The notes: generated by a model from the letters alone, not told the origin. A DNA stretch of 64,000 bases from an uncultured Candidatus Binatia bacterium (GCA_965200965.1 OZ241744.1:2016001-2080000); one strand, 5' to 3'; shown: positions 50,121 to 59,487, counted from the stretch's first letter. Translations and numbers: made by a program.

Positions 50121-51658
50121 CGTGTGACCTTTTCGAGCCTGGAATGACCCCTCTCCACAGAGCTGGGCTGGGGGGACTGGTTGCGACATTACGCAAGATC
50201 GAGAACAACGACCATCCGCCATTACGGTGGGACATTGACGATCGATCCGTCACTTTTCAATGGAACAAAGAATCCGATAGAAAGGCGTTCTTTCGGTACT
50301 TGTTTGACTACGCGTTTCAACTTGAGGATGGGCTTATTTCCCTACCGAGCCAATACGGAGATCTGGAACCATCTCTTGAAGTGAAAGCAGCTTTACACGA
50401 GGGACTGCGCCTGAGCTTCTACGGGTACTCTCGGTCGAAAAAGAGTAGCGGGCCTCGCATTGATAAAACCTATGAAGTGGACGAGAAATCAGTTGGTTAC
50501 AGCTACGTCCCGTTGCTATGGTACAAGCACAAAAAGGAGGGATACGAACAATTTGAAAGAAGCCTGAAAGGGCAATTCAAGTTGACAGGAAGTTTCCTTC
50601 CTGGATCGATCAAAAGACACAATCAGTATAACGAAAGCCAAGCTACCCTCTCTGCCAAGCTAGCTCTCCCGCTGCTAATTGCGCCCATCGGAGTTGTTGC
50701 ATTAAAGGCCGGTGGGAAAAAGATCAAGCCTCCCAAAGGCGAAAAGAAATTTATGCCGGGTGCAGCAATGCTCATACCGGATATCCATAATCTCTCGGAT
50801 GTTCAACATCTTCTTTCATCCTTCATACCCCGAAGCGGTAGGGATTGCCAAGTGGAAAACCTCGCCGATGCGGTCTTACAGGCTCAGCTTCGCCTTCGGG
50901 GACAGGAGATGCTGACCAACGGGCCTGTTCCTGCCGTCCGGTGTATCTGGTTTTGCCCGTCAGATTGGAACGTCCAGCAGCGTCCCCCGTCGCGCGTCAC
51001 AGAGGTAGAGGTACACTCTGGTGAGGCCGTTCTGGAGCAGTTCGATATCGCGTTACGTTGCTTCCCCCCCAGTAGACGAGTAAAAAAGGACAACGGGAGC
51101 GGCTCCTGGGCCAAAAGTTACATACGACCCTTGGTAGCAGAGAACCTGTTGGAGAGGCGTCCGTGGTATGCCAGATTTACTCGTCTCATGACAGCAAAAG
51201 ATGACTCACTGAAAAGCCCGAAGCCCATTCGTTGCTTCCTGAAATTCGAGAGAGGAGGACTACATACCATGACCCAAGAAATCACCGGGGATGAAAAAAT
51301 AATCGTGCGGGCCGTCCACGAGGCTATGCGATGCCGGTACGGCCGCATTGCGGCTGAGAATGCCAAGAATCAAGCCGCCATGAAAAAACGTATGACCCGC
51401 GAGTACGAGCGACAACGCCTCGCCTTCGCCGGAGCAAAGACCGCTGATGCGCTCAGATACGCGCTTGCCGACCTGTGGAGTCGGGCAGGTTCCAATAGCG
51501 TATTACGAGAATCCTGGCCGCATGTCCTGCCTCTGCTGAGCAATGAGAAGTGGCAGCTTGCGCGCGACTTGGCTCTCCTCGCGCTGGCGAGCTACCAAGG
51601 CAAAGAAAACATTGACCTGACCGAGGCTGAAGAAATCGGTGAAACGGAGGAACAATAA
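50108..51658 (+). CDS. cas8: Cas8b / Cmx8 large subunit
   Basis: PGMTPLHRAGLGGL N-terminus and ARDLALLALASY C-terminus; lies between cas3 and cas7. Confidence 0.88.
   Translation: MESLTCDLFEPGMTPLHRAGLGGLVATLRKIENNDHPPLRWDIDDRSVTFQWNKESDRKAFFRYLFDYAFQLEDGLISLPSQYGDLEPSLEVKAALHEGLRLSFYGYSRSKKSSGPRIDKTYEVDEKSVGYSYVPLLWYKHKKEGYEQFERSLKGQFKLTGSFLPGSIKRHNQYNESQATLSAKLALPLLIAPIGVVALKAGGKKIKPPKGEKKFMPGAAMLIPDIHNLSDVQHLLSSFIPRSGRDCQVENLADAVLQAQLRLRGQEMLTNGPVPAVRCIWFCPSDWNVQQRPPSRVTEVEVHSGEAVLEQFDIALRCFPPSRRVKKDNGSGSWAKSYIRPLVAENLLERRPWYARFTRLMTAKDDSLKSPKPIRCFLKFERGGLHTMTQEITGDEKIIVRAVHEAMRCRYGRIAAENAKNQAAMKKRMTREYERQRLAFAGAKTADALRYALADLWSRAGSNSVLRESWPHVLPLLSNEKWQLARDLALLALASYQGKENIDLTEAEEIGETEEQ
51269..51658 (+). 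CDS. cas11: Predicted internally translated Cas11 small subunit (129 aa)
   Basis: AGGAGG at 51253-51258 precedes an in-frame ATG at 51269 within cas8. Confidence 0.7.
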   Translation: MTQEITGDEKIIVRAVHEAMRCRYGRIAAENAKNQAAMKKRMTREYERQRLAFAGAKTADALRYALADLWSRAGSNSVLRESWPHVLPLLSNEKWQLARDLALLALASYQGKENIDLTEAEEIGETEEQ

Positions 51659-52548
51659 TGAGCCAACATCTTTTTGCCGCCATCGTCACCCATCACGGGA
51701 CGGCGGCGAATAATCGGGGGGAAACAGACGGAAACGTCACAACGCTTCAGAAGCTGCTCTGGCAAGGGCAGGTCCATACGACAGTGAGCGCCGAGGCTGT
51801 GCGCTTCGCTCTCCGGCGTCAACTCGCTACAAGCGGAGAGGAAACGAATAGGAAATGGGATGAGGACGCCAGGACAAACACCTGGCAGGACCATCAGTTC
51901 ACAGGCTGGAAGGAGAAAAGCAGGAAGACTTATATCGACGACGATCTTCTCGGATATATGACCGCCGAAGCGGCGAAAGAAGAGGGAAAAGCCGGTAGCG
52001 CGAATGTCCGGCGGGCTGTTCTTGAAGTCACACGCGCGATCTCATTGTTGCCGTGGTCAGGGGATGTCACTTTTAATGCAGCCAGCCCAGGAGCGACTCC
52101 AAGCGCTGCGAAGAAGGGGAATAACCCTGTTCCCTATGGTGCTGAACTCCACGCAACTCGTTATCAATACGGGATCGCGCTGACACCCGAGCGCCTTCGC
52201 AAGAAAGACCGAGCTAAAACGGCGGTTGCCGCTCTGTGCGCACTTGCCGAGGTCGCGGGAAACCACGGGCGATTCCTCTTCGATTTCTCCCCTGAAAGCG
52301 TGGTATTCAGATTGACCGATGATCCGGCCCCGCGCCTCCTCTATGTTTTTGAACAGAAGGAGCGAGCAATTGACGCTCCTTCGCTGCTCGCCCGGGTTGA
52401 GGCTGAAGATATGCAGGCTGAGGAACTTGTCATTGGCGGGAGTTTCGCCACCACAGACACGGCGAAGAAGCTGCAAGAGAAAGGGGCCACCGTCTACCCC
52501 GGCGTGAAAAAGGCCGCCAAGGCTGTTGTCGAGAGACTGAAGGACTGA
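51658..52548 (+). CDS. cas7: Cas7 / DevR
   Basis: ANNRGE..GN.TTLQK, VSAEA, IDDDLLGYM, E.HATRYQY, GNH.RFLFDFSP. Confidence 0.93.
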   Translation: MSQHLFAAIVTHHGTAANNRGETDGNVTTLQKLLWQGQVHTTVSAEAVRFALRRQLATSGEETNRKWDEDARTNTWQDHQFTGWKEKSRKTYIDDDLLGYMTAEAAKEEGKAGSANVRRAVLEVTRAISLLPWSGDVTFNAASPGATPSAAKKGNNPVPYGAELHATRYQYGIALTPERLRKKDRAKTAVAALCALAEVAGNHGRFLFDFSPESVVFRLTDDPAPRLLYVFEQKERAIDAPSLLARVEAEDMQAEELVIGGSFATTDTAKKLQEKGATVYPGVKKAAKAVVERLKD

Positions 52549-52552
52549 GACC

Positions 52553-53239
52553 ATGCTTGGTGTCTTTGTCTCGGTTCCGGTTGCGTGTTTTCGCAAAGGG
52601 CTGGCTCGCGAGTATCTGGAGTCCGAAGCCTTGCCGCCGCCGTCAACCTGCTACGGGTTTCTTCTGTCGCTAATCGGAGAGATAGACAGGACGCGCCATA
52701 TTGGTTGTCGTATCGCTCCAGTCGTTCTGGAAAGCCCTGACAGAAGCACGGTCCTTCGGACGGTCTGGAGGATTAAGACTACAGCGCTTCGGGCGGGCGA
52801 TGGAAGTAACCGTACCCCTGCCCAACAGGAATTGCTTACCAATGTCCGGCTCATACTCTGGGTGGACTCCGGGGACGAAAGGGGAGAGCGTCCTTTTCTG
52901 GAACAGAGGGTGGACGATGCGCTGACGCGCCCTGAAACGCTTCAGCGATTCGGCGGCTTGTCTCTTGGTGAGAGCACGCACCTTGTTGATGAAGTCGCGC
53001 GCTTTCCTGGAAGCGCGGAAGAATCAGGGTCAATGTTCGTCTGTGCCGACCGTGGCCGTCTCACCCTGCCAGTTTGGGTTGACCATGTTGGGGCCGAAGG
53101 GACCCGGTATGTGACTGGAGATTTACTACCGAGCGTCCCCCTCATCCCTCCAGATCGAACGCAACTCCCGGTGATTGAGCCTCCCGAACAGGCAAGCAGT
53201 CCGAAGCGGACAAAACGAAGAGCAAGGAAAAATGGGTGA
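52553..53239 (+). CDS. cas5: Cas5 / DevS
   Basis: VPVACFRK..AREY.E...PPPSTCYG.LLS, RFGGLSLGES, LP.WVDH. Confidence 0.93.
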   Translation: MLGVFVSVPVACFRKGLAREYLESEALPPPSTCYGFLLSLIGEIDRTRHIGCRIAPVVLESPDRSTVLRTVWRIKTTALRAGDGSNRTPAQQELLTNVRLILWVDSGDERGERPFLEQRVDDALTRPETLQRFGGLSLGESTHLVDEVARFPGSAEESGSMFVCADRGRLTLPVWVDHVGAEGTRYVTGDLLPSVPLIPPDRTQLPVIEPPEQASSPKRTKRRARKNG

Positions 53240-53280
53240 CGGTCGCTCCCTCAGCCTGAGCTGCGGACGGCCCAGGGAGG

Positions 53281-53958
53281 TCACGGGAACAGTTTCATCA
53301 ACGCGACAACGGCGGTGACGATGCTAGCGGACATGGCCCATAGATGCTTGTAGAGGGATTCAAACTTATGGCTGATGCGCAATTCGAGCGCTTGAAGGTC
53401 GGCCTGGGTTGTCGCCCGCAACTCCTGAAAGTCGGTCTGGGTGGCCGCCCGCAACTCCTGAAAGTCGGCCTGGGTGGCCGCCCGCAACTCCTGAAAGTCG
53501 GCCTGGAGCGTCCGAAAGTCGGCCTGGGTGGCCGCCCGCAACTCCTGAAAGTCGGTCTGGGTGGCCGCCCGCAACTCCTGAAAGTCGGTCTGGGTGGCCG
53601 CCCGCAACTCCTGAAAGTCGGCCTGGAGCGTCCGAAAGTCGGTCTGGGTGGCCGCCCGCAACTCCTGAAAGTCGGCCTGGAGCGTCCGAAAGTCGGTCTG
53701 GGTGGCCGCCCGCAACTCCTGAAAGTCGGCCTGAGTGGCCGCCCGCAACTCCTGAAAGTCGGCCTGAGTGGCCGCCCGCAACTCCTGGAGGTCGGTCTGA
53801 GTGGCCGCCCGCAACTCCTGGAGGTCGGCCTTTGTCGCAATGTTCCCGCCTACGGCGTCGCCGACAGTAGCGATCACGGCTTCAGCCTGGTTGTCGTCAA
53901 AGCCTGCTGCCCGGAGCGCCTTGGCGGCCTTGAGCGTGTCGAAAGCGGGCGCACTCAT
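53281..53958 (-). CDS. DUF1640/CCDC90-like coiled-coil protein with a C-terminal membrane anchor
   Basis: FDTL....L..AGF...QAEA head, ATKAD neck, repetitive stalk, C-terminal TM helix; alternative start at 53967. Confidence 0.8.
   Translation of the reverse strand: MSAPAFDTLKAAKALRAAGFDDNQAEAVIATVGDAVGGNIATKADLQELRAATQTDLQELRAATQADFQELRAATQADFQELRAATQTDFRTLQADFQELRAATQTDFRTLQADFQELRAATQTDFQELRAATQTDFQELRAATQADFRTLQADFQELRAATQADFQELRAATQTDFQELRATTQADLQALELRISHKFESLYKHLWAMSASIVTAVVALMKLFP
53404..53829. repeat. Intragenic tandem repeat: 11 x 33 bp and 3 x 21 bp
   Basis: Units encode (A/T)D(F/L)QELRAATQ and (T/A)DFRTLQ on the minus strand. Confidence 0.95.
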
Positions 53959-53965
53959 AGATTTC

Positions 53966-53994
53966 ATAATGGGCGTCCCCCCGGTCTGTGTCAA
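53966..53994 (-). promoter_or_regulatory. Putative sigma70 promoter for the antisense coiled-coil gene (leaderless)
   Basis: TTGACA-N17-CATTAT-N7-ATG(53958). Confidence 0.6.
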
Positions 53995-54031
53995 GGGAAA
54001 AACAAAACGCGTCTCGTGGAGCGGAGAAGGC

Positions 54032-55678
54032 ATGTCGATCAACCCGGGCGCGGAGCCTACTATCCGCGTCATGGCGCTGCACGCCCTGGCGTACTGTGAG
54101 CGTCTTTTCTATCTGGAAGAGATTGAGGAAATCCGGGTCGCCGATGCGGCCGTGTATGCCGGCCGTCGCCTGCATGAAGAGTTGGCGGCTGACGAAGGCG
54201 AGCTGGTCAGCTTGGTCCTGGAGAGCGACAGCCTCGGCATCCGGGGCAAAGCTGACTGCCTGCGCCGCCGTAATGGTCAGCTCATTCCCTACGAGCACAA
54301 GCGCGGGCGTTCGGCCACAGGCGACGACGGGCCGCAGGCGTGGCCGAGCGACCGGCTCCAGGCGTGCGCCTATGCCCTGCTTGTGGAAGAGCAGACCGAC
54401 ACGCCTATCGAAGAAGCGCGTATCCGTTACCACGCCAATAATACAACGGTCCGTGTTCCGGTGGACGAAGCAGCGCGTGAAGAGGTGCAGAGGGCTGTGG
54501 CTCGCGCCCGGGAACTCGGCCAGTCGGTTGAACGTCCGCCCGTGACCGAAAACGACCGGCTGTGTCTGCGCTGTTCCCTGGCTCCGGTCTGTCTGCCCGA
54601 GGAAGAGCGCCTGGCAAGAGACGAGGACTGGGAGCCTGTCCGACTCTTTCCACAAGACCGTGAGCGGCAGACTATCCATGTTACTACCCACGGAGCGCGG
54701 ATCGGGAAGTCAGGAGAAACGTTGACCGTCACCGATACCGCCGGGCACAAGCAGGTGTTTCCCGTTCGTGAGGTTGGAGAGATTGTCATCCACGGCTACG
54801 CGCAAATCAGTACCCAGGCGATCCATCTCTGCGCTTCCCAGGAGGTCGGCGTACACTGGTTTACCCCCGGGGGGCGCTATGTGAGTGGGCTTGTCTCCGG
54901 TGCCAGTCCGGTGCAGCGGCGTATCCGGCAGTTCGAGGCGTTGCGCGACGCCGGTCTGATCTTTCGGCTGGGTCGGCGCTTGGTGATCGCCCGAGCGTCC
55001 AGCCAACTCGGGTTTTTGCTGCGGGCCTCACGGGGCAAAGACCGCAAGGCCTTGGGCATTGCGGAGGCCGTGCAAGGGCTTCGGAATGCGCTGCGGGCCG
55101 CCAGCCGTGCAGAAGGGATTGATTCCTTGCGCGGCCACGAGGGAGACGCCGGACGACACTATTTCTCAGGCTTCCCCGGACTGCTGCGAAACGATGTGGA
55201 CGAGCGGCTGCACTTCAGCGGAAGGAGCCGCCGACCGCCTCGGGATCGGCTCAACGCGCTGCTGAGCTTCGGCTATGCGCTGCTGTACCGCGATGTGTTG
55301 CAGGCAATTATAGCCGTCGGGCTTGAACCGGCTTTTGGATTTTTTCATCGCCCGCGTTCGGCTGCCCACCCGCTGGTTCTGGATGTGATGGAGTTGTTTC
55401 GCGTCCCGCTGTGGGACATGCCCGTAGTCGCCTCGGTCAATCGCCTTCAGTGGGATGCGGAAGAAGATTTTACCCAGGCCGGCAGGCAAGTCTGGCTCAG
55501 TGACAGCGGTCGGAAAAAAGCCCTTGAGGTGTATGAACGCCGCAAGGCAGACCGCTGGAAACATCCGGTGACAGGCTATTCCTTATCGTATGTCCGCTTG
55601 ATTGAACTGGAGACCCGTTTACTCGAAAAGGAATGGGCTGGAGAACCTGGATTGTTTGCCCGGATGCGTCTACGCTGA
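54032..55678 (+). CDS. cas1: Cas4-Cas1 fusion
   Basis: Cas4 part YCER, GKAD..EHKRG, C.RCSL..VC; Cas1 part GHEG, RSRRPP.D..NALLSFGY, FFH, LDVME. Confidence 0.95.
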   Translation: MSINPGAEPTIRVMALHALAYCERLFYLEEIEEIRVADAAVYAGRRLHEELAADEGELVSLVLESDSLGIRGKADCLRRRNGQLIPYEHKRGRSATGDDGPQAWPSDRLQACAYALLVEEQTDTPIEEARIRYHANNTTVRVPVDEAAREEVQRAVARARELGQSVERPPVTENDRLCLRCSLAPVCLPEEERLARDEDWEPVRLFPQDRERQTIHVTTHGARIGKSGETLTVTDTAGHKQVFPVREVGEIVIHGYAQISTQAIHLCASQEVGVHWFTPGGRYVSGLVSGASPVQRRIRQFEALRDAGLIFRLGRRLVIARASSQLGFLLRASRGKDRKALGIAEAVQGLRNALRAASRAEGIDSLRGHEGDAGRHYFSGFPGLLRNDVDERLHFSGRSRRPPRDRLNALLSFGYALLYRDVLQAIIAVGLEPAFGFFHRPRSAAHPLVLDVMELFRVPLWDMPVVASVNRLQWDAEEDFTQAGRQVWLSDSGRKKALEVYERRKADRWKHPVTGYSLSYVRLIELETRLLEKEWAGEPGLFARMRLR

Positions 55679-55688
55679 AAGGTCGTCT

Positions 55689-55982
55689 ATGGCAGAAGGC
55701 CGGTTTTGGTATCTGGTGTGTTATGACATCCGTGACCCCAAGCGGTGGCGGCGTTGTTTCACACTCCTCAAGGGATATGGGGAAGGGCTCCAATACTCCG
55801 TCTTCCGGTGTCGCCTGACCAAGCGACAGCTCGAACGCCTGCGGTGGGAGTTAGAGAAGGAGCTAACGCCTGAAGACAGCCTGATGATAGCTGGTCTGTG
55901 CAGTTCCTGTACATCAAGGATCATGGCGCGGAACACAAAAGTCGAGTGGAGTGAGGAGGAGCCACGCTTTCGGGTGGTATGA
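55689..55982 (+). CDS. cas2: Cas2
   Basis: YLVCYDI.D.KRW, GYG..LQYSVF. Confidence 0.95.
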   Translation: MAEGRFWYLVCYDIRDPKRWRRCFTLLKGYGEGLQYSVFRCRLTKRQLERLRWELEKELTPEDSLMIAGLCSSCTSRIMARNTKVEWSEEEPRFRVV

Positions 55983-56249
55983 TTTTTTTGAGATATTCCG
56001 AATTCATGCACCTCGGCACGTCCGGCCCAACGGGGCAAGACAAGCATCTAAACGCTTGTCTTGCCTGCAAAAAAGCGGGATTAAGAGGGAGAAGGATGCC
56101 TGACAGGAGAAAAACCCTGTCATATTCGGGAGTTAGACGGGAGACGGAAAGGTGACAGGAGTCTTTCATGCCGAGAGCCAAGCATCAGAGAGGGTTGCTT
56201 GTATAGAGAGCAAAAAAATCCAACAAAAACAGCCCCTTCCCTATAGGCG
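55983..56249 (+). promoter_or_regulatory. CRISPR leader
   Basis: A-rich non-coding stretch between cas2 and the first repeat. Confidence 0.7.
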
Positions 56250-57862
56250 GTGATTACATACCAGATGCCGAAAGGCGTTGAGCACGCTCGTCGAACAGTA
56301 TAAAGCCATGCGCCAAGAGTGTGATTACATACCAGATGCCGAAAGGCGTTGAGCACGACAGGCTGAGATCTTCTTCGGCCAAGACAATACCAGTGATTAC
56401 ATACCAGATGCCGAAAGGCGTTGAGCACGATCTCTCCTCTCCTTTGCGGTCGGCGCGTCCGGGTGATTACATACCAGATGCCGAAAGGCGTTGAGCACAG
56501 ACAAACACGGCCCGGGCCGGCTCGTCGGATGCCGTGATTACATACCAGATGCCGAAAGGCGTTGAGCACCGTGACTGGGAGCGTGTGGCCCGGGCCCGGG
56601 CGGCGTGATTACATACCAGATGCCGAAAGGCGTTGAGCACGAGAAACCGAAACGCAAGAGACGCCGCACACTGTATCGTGATTACATACCAGATGCCGAA
56701 AGGCGTTGAGCACCGTGACTGGGAGCGTGTGGCCCGGGCCCGGGCGGCGTGATTACATACCAGATGCCGAAAGGCGTTGAGCACGAGAAACCGAAACGCA
56801 AGAGACGCCGCACACTGTATCGTGATTACATACCAGATGCCGAAAGGCGTTGAGCACTTTACGCAGCCTGTCGAGTGGCGCTCGCCGAGGAAGGCGTGAT
56901 TACATACCAGATGCCGAAAGGCGTTGAGCACAGTCCGTCGCCCTCTCGGTCGACGACCGATACAAGTGATTACATACCAGATGCCGAAAGGCGTTGAGCA
57001 CAGTCCGTCGCCCTCTCGGTCGACGACCGATACAAGTGATTACATACCAGATGCCGAAAGGCGTTGAGCACCTCCCCGGCAAAGATTCTGTCCGCCTGGC
57101 GTTCGAGTGATTACATACCAGATGCCGAAAGGCGTTGAGCACTCGGATGCGCCGATGCTTGACTGACGGCCCTTCAGAAGTGATTACATACCAGATGCCG
57201 AAAGGCGTTGAGCACTCGGATGCGCCGATGCTTGACTGACGGCCCTTCAGAAGTGATTACATACCAGATGCCGAAAGGCGTTGAGCACGAACTGGCTGAT
57301 GCTGTGCGAGGCGAGATGGACAAGCAGTGATTACATACCAGATGCCGAAAGGCGTTGAGCACTACGTTCGGGCTGGCCTGCAGGTCGATTTCCCCGAAGT
57401 GATTACATACCAGATGCCGAAAGGCGTTGAGCACTTGAAAGGACTGAATGGAATGGAGTCCGTAAGCGGTGATTACATACCAGATGCCGAAAGGCGTTGA
57501 GCACTCGCCGTATATTGACGCCATGCGCGCTCTATGCCGTGGTGATTACATACCAGATGCCGAAAGGCGTTGAGCACCGTCCGGGTAGACGGGGAGTGTG
57601 GGCGGGATGCGCGTGATTACATACCAGATGCCGAAAGGCGTTGAGCACAGCGTTACGCTAAAATCCTCAAGCGACTGCCTGATGTGATTACATACCAGAT
57701 GCCGAAAGGCGTTGAGCACTCGCCTTTCCGTCGTCCTCTGATGACTGACCTGACGGTGATTACATACCAGATGCCGAAAGGCGTTGAGCACGGCCGCGCC
57801 CGCGCGTTCCAATCGCTCCTGCGCGGGTGATTACATACCAGATGCCGAAAGGCGTTGAGCAC
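56250..57862 (+). CRISPR. CRISPR array: 23 identical 36-bp repeats, 22 spacers of 34-38 bp (18 unique)
   Basis: Repeat GTGATTACATACCAGATGCCGAAAGGCGTTGAGCAC, with a GCC-GAAA-GGC hairpin and TTGAGCAC 3' end typical of Myxan/cyanobacterial I-B. Confidence 0.99.
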
Positions 57863-58077
57863 TGGGAGTGCGTGATGTCTGTAAGGAGTTGACGAGGAGG
57901 CTTGAGGTGTCACACAGGAGGGCGCGCTTGGCGTGGTGGGAGATCTGGAAGAAGGCCGCGGCCGAGCCGCAGAAGGGTTCGGCCTGGACATTGACCGGGC
58001 CGAGATGTTGCCAGATATCTTTGGCCAGGCGGGACTTGCCGCCGTACCAGGGGAAGTGGACCTTGAGTGTGTGCCAT
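57863..58077 (-). pseudogene. N-terminal fragment of a Dam/D12-class DNA adenine methyltransferase
   Basis: LKVHFPWYGGKSRLAKDIWQHLG...EPFCGSAA..F...RALLCD...LVN; the ATG is out of frame and the ORF is truncated at the last CRISPR repeat. Confidence 0.75.
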
Positions 58078-58594
58078 GTGGGGAGGCTAGCAGAGAAGGG
58101 GGGGAGGTTTGAACGGGGATTTGTGTGACGCGGGGAGTACGCTAAGGACGGAACATGTCATCAGATCGAACGGAAGGCGACGCGTTCCGTCCCTGATTGA
58201 TGATCGGGGGAGGAGTCAGTGTGTATCTCCCAGCCCCGGAGAGTTGGGCTAGACCGGGCCGGTGAAGAGGTGCTATTATGCGGCCCATGATCTCTTGCAA
58301 GAAAGAGGCCAATGTCCCCAATGCCAAGTAGATTTCTGGTCACATGCAGGTAGACAGGCGGTTTTTCAAATGCAAGCACTTTTATCAGGATTTCTTATAG
58401 TTTGAAGGTAAATTGGGGGGAATTATACAAAGCCGATGGGACATAAACGCGCCAATAGACCATGTAACTCTCTGTTTTCATTGAGTTGGACTTGGGGGGG
58501 AGGGGAGAAGATTCGCAGAGATTATGCAAACGCGAAAAATCGTTGTCATGTTTTTTGACTAAATGCAGGTTGCAGTGAGGAGGGCGGTTCGACG

Positions 58595-59449
58595 ATGGCC
58601 GATGTTGCTAATGGTCTGATGCTGGTCTCGCTCATGTGCCTGCTGCTGGGCGTCGGCCTGCGCACCACCTTTGGAGCAGTGTTTGCCGTTGCCCGGCAGT
58701 ACCGCTTGGTACTCCGTGGCCTAGTGGCGAACTTCGTCATTGTTCCTTTGGTGTTCTTCCTCGCACTGCGGGGATTGCCTGTCAGCCCCGATGTCGTCAT
58801 CGGCCTGCTGGTCCTGGCGGCCGTCCCGGTCGCATCCGCGGCCCCTCCTTTTGTCGGGATGGCCAAGGGCGACCTGCCGTACGCGGTGGGACTGATGCTG
58901 AGTGTCGCCTTCCTCTGCGTTCCGCTCACACCACTCATTCTCGCCGTCTGCCTCCCCCCGAGCGAGGCAGGTTTGGAAATTGACCTGTGGAAAATCATCC
59001 AGACCCTGCTGACCGCCCAGTTGATCCCGCTGAGTGTGGGCATGACCATACGGCATGTCAGGCCGAGGTGGGCGGAGAAACTGCTCCAGTTCGTGCCCAG
59101 ACTGGCCCTGGGCGGTATCGTACTGAGCCTGAGCTTGATCGCCGCCATTCAAGCCCGGCAGATTCTCGGCCTTGGGCTGGTTCCTTACTTGGCGGCGCTT
59201 CTCTCCATTTTCGTCTGTCTGCTTATCGGGGATGTGATGGTGAGAGGCGAGGCGGCTGCGCTACGCCGGTCGCTCGCCATCTCCACGGCAATTCGCAATG
59301 TGGCGCTGGCTTTGCTCATCGTCAGTAGCAATTTTCCGGGCAGCTCAGCCGTTACGATTGTCTTTGTTTTCGGCCTCCTTTCCCTGCTCGTCAGTTTTAC
59401 CTATGGGAAGCTGACGACTGGCGCGGCCATGCAGGGCGCTGCGGCCTAA
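58595..59449 (+). CDS. Bile acid:sodium symporter family transporter
   Basis: Multiple TM helices; GLVANF..VP, AKGD..YAV, RN..LAL. Confidence 0.85.
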   Translation: MADVANGLMLVSLMCLLLGVGLRTTFGAVFAVARQYRLVLRGLVANFVIVPLVFFLALRGLPVSPDVVIGLLVLAAVPVASAAPPFVGMAKGDLPYAVGLMLSVAFLCVPLTPLILAVCLPPSEAGLEIDLWKIIQTLLTAQLIPLSVGMTIRHVRPRWAEKLLQFVPRLALGGIVLSLSLIAAIQARQILGLGLVPYLAALLSIFVCLLIGDVMVRGEAAALRRSLAISTAIRNVALALLIVSSNFPGSSAVTIVFVFGLLSLLVSFTYGKLTTGAAMQGAAA

Positions 59450-59487
59450 GGTATGGAAAACCGAAAGGCCCAGAGCGCAGTGGCCGG

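Noticed and set aside
53404-53829. Second CRISPR or mini-array inside the cas operon
   Set aside because: The units are contiguous with no unique spacers and are unrelated to the CRISPR repeat; this is a coding VNTR.
53298-54099. Extra long ORFs across the tandem repeat (53344-54099 +, 53409-53870 +, 53298-53840 -)
   Set aside because: These are by-products of a stop-poor repeat. Only one minus frame has a recognisable head, neck and TM anchor.
56286-57826. Self-targeting spacers within the window
   Set aside because: No match noticed by eye. An exhaustive alignment could not be run, so no claim is made.
47305-57862. CRISPR-associated transposon (I-B CAST)
   Set aside because: cas3 and cas1/cas2 are intact and there are no tnsABC/tniQ genes in the window.
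56120-57991. ORFs containing repeated 'VLNAFRHLVCNH'
   Set aside because: They are translations of the CRISPR repeats.
58130-58590. Possible ncRNA or small ORFs in the AT-rich intergenic region
   Set aside because: No recognisable structure or protein motif; probably the symporter promoter region plus decayed DNA.
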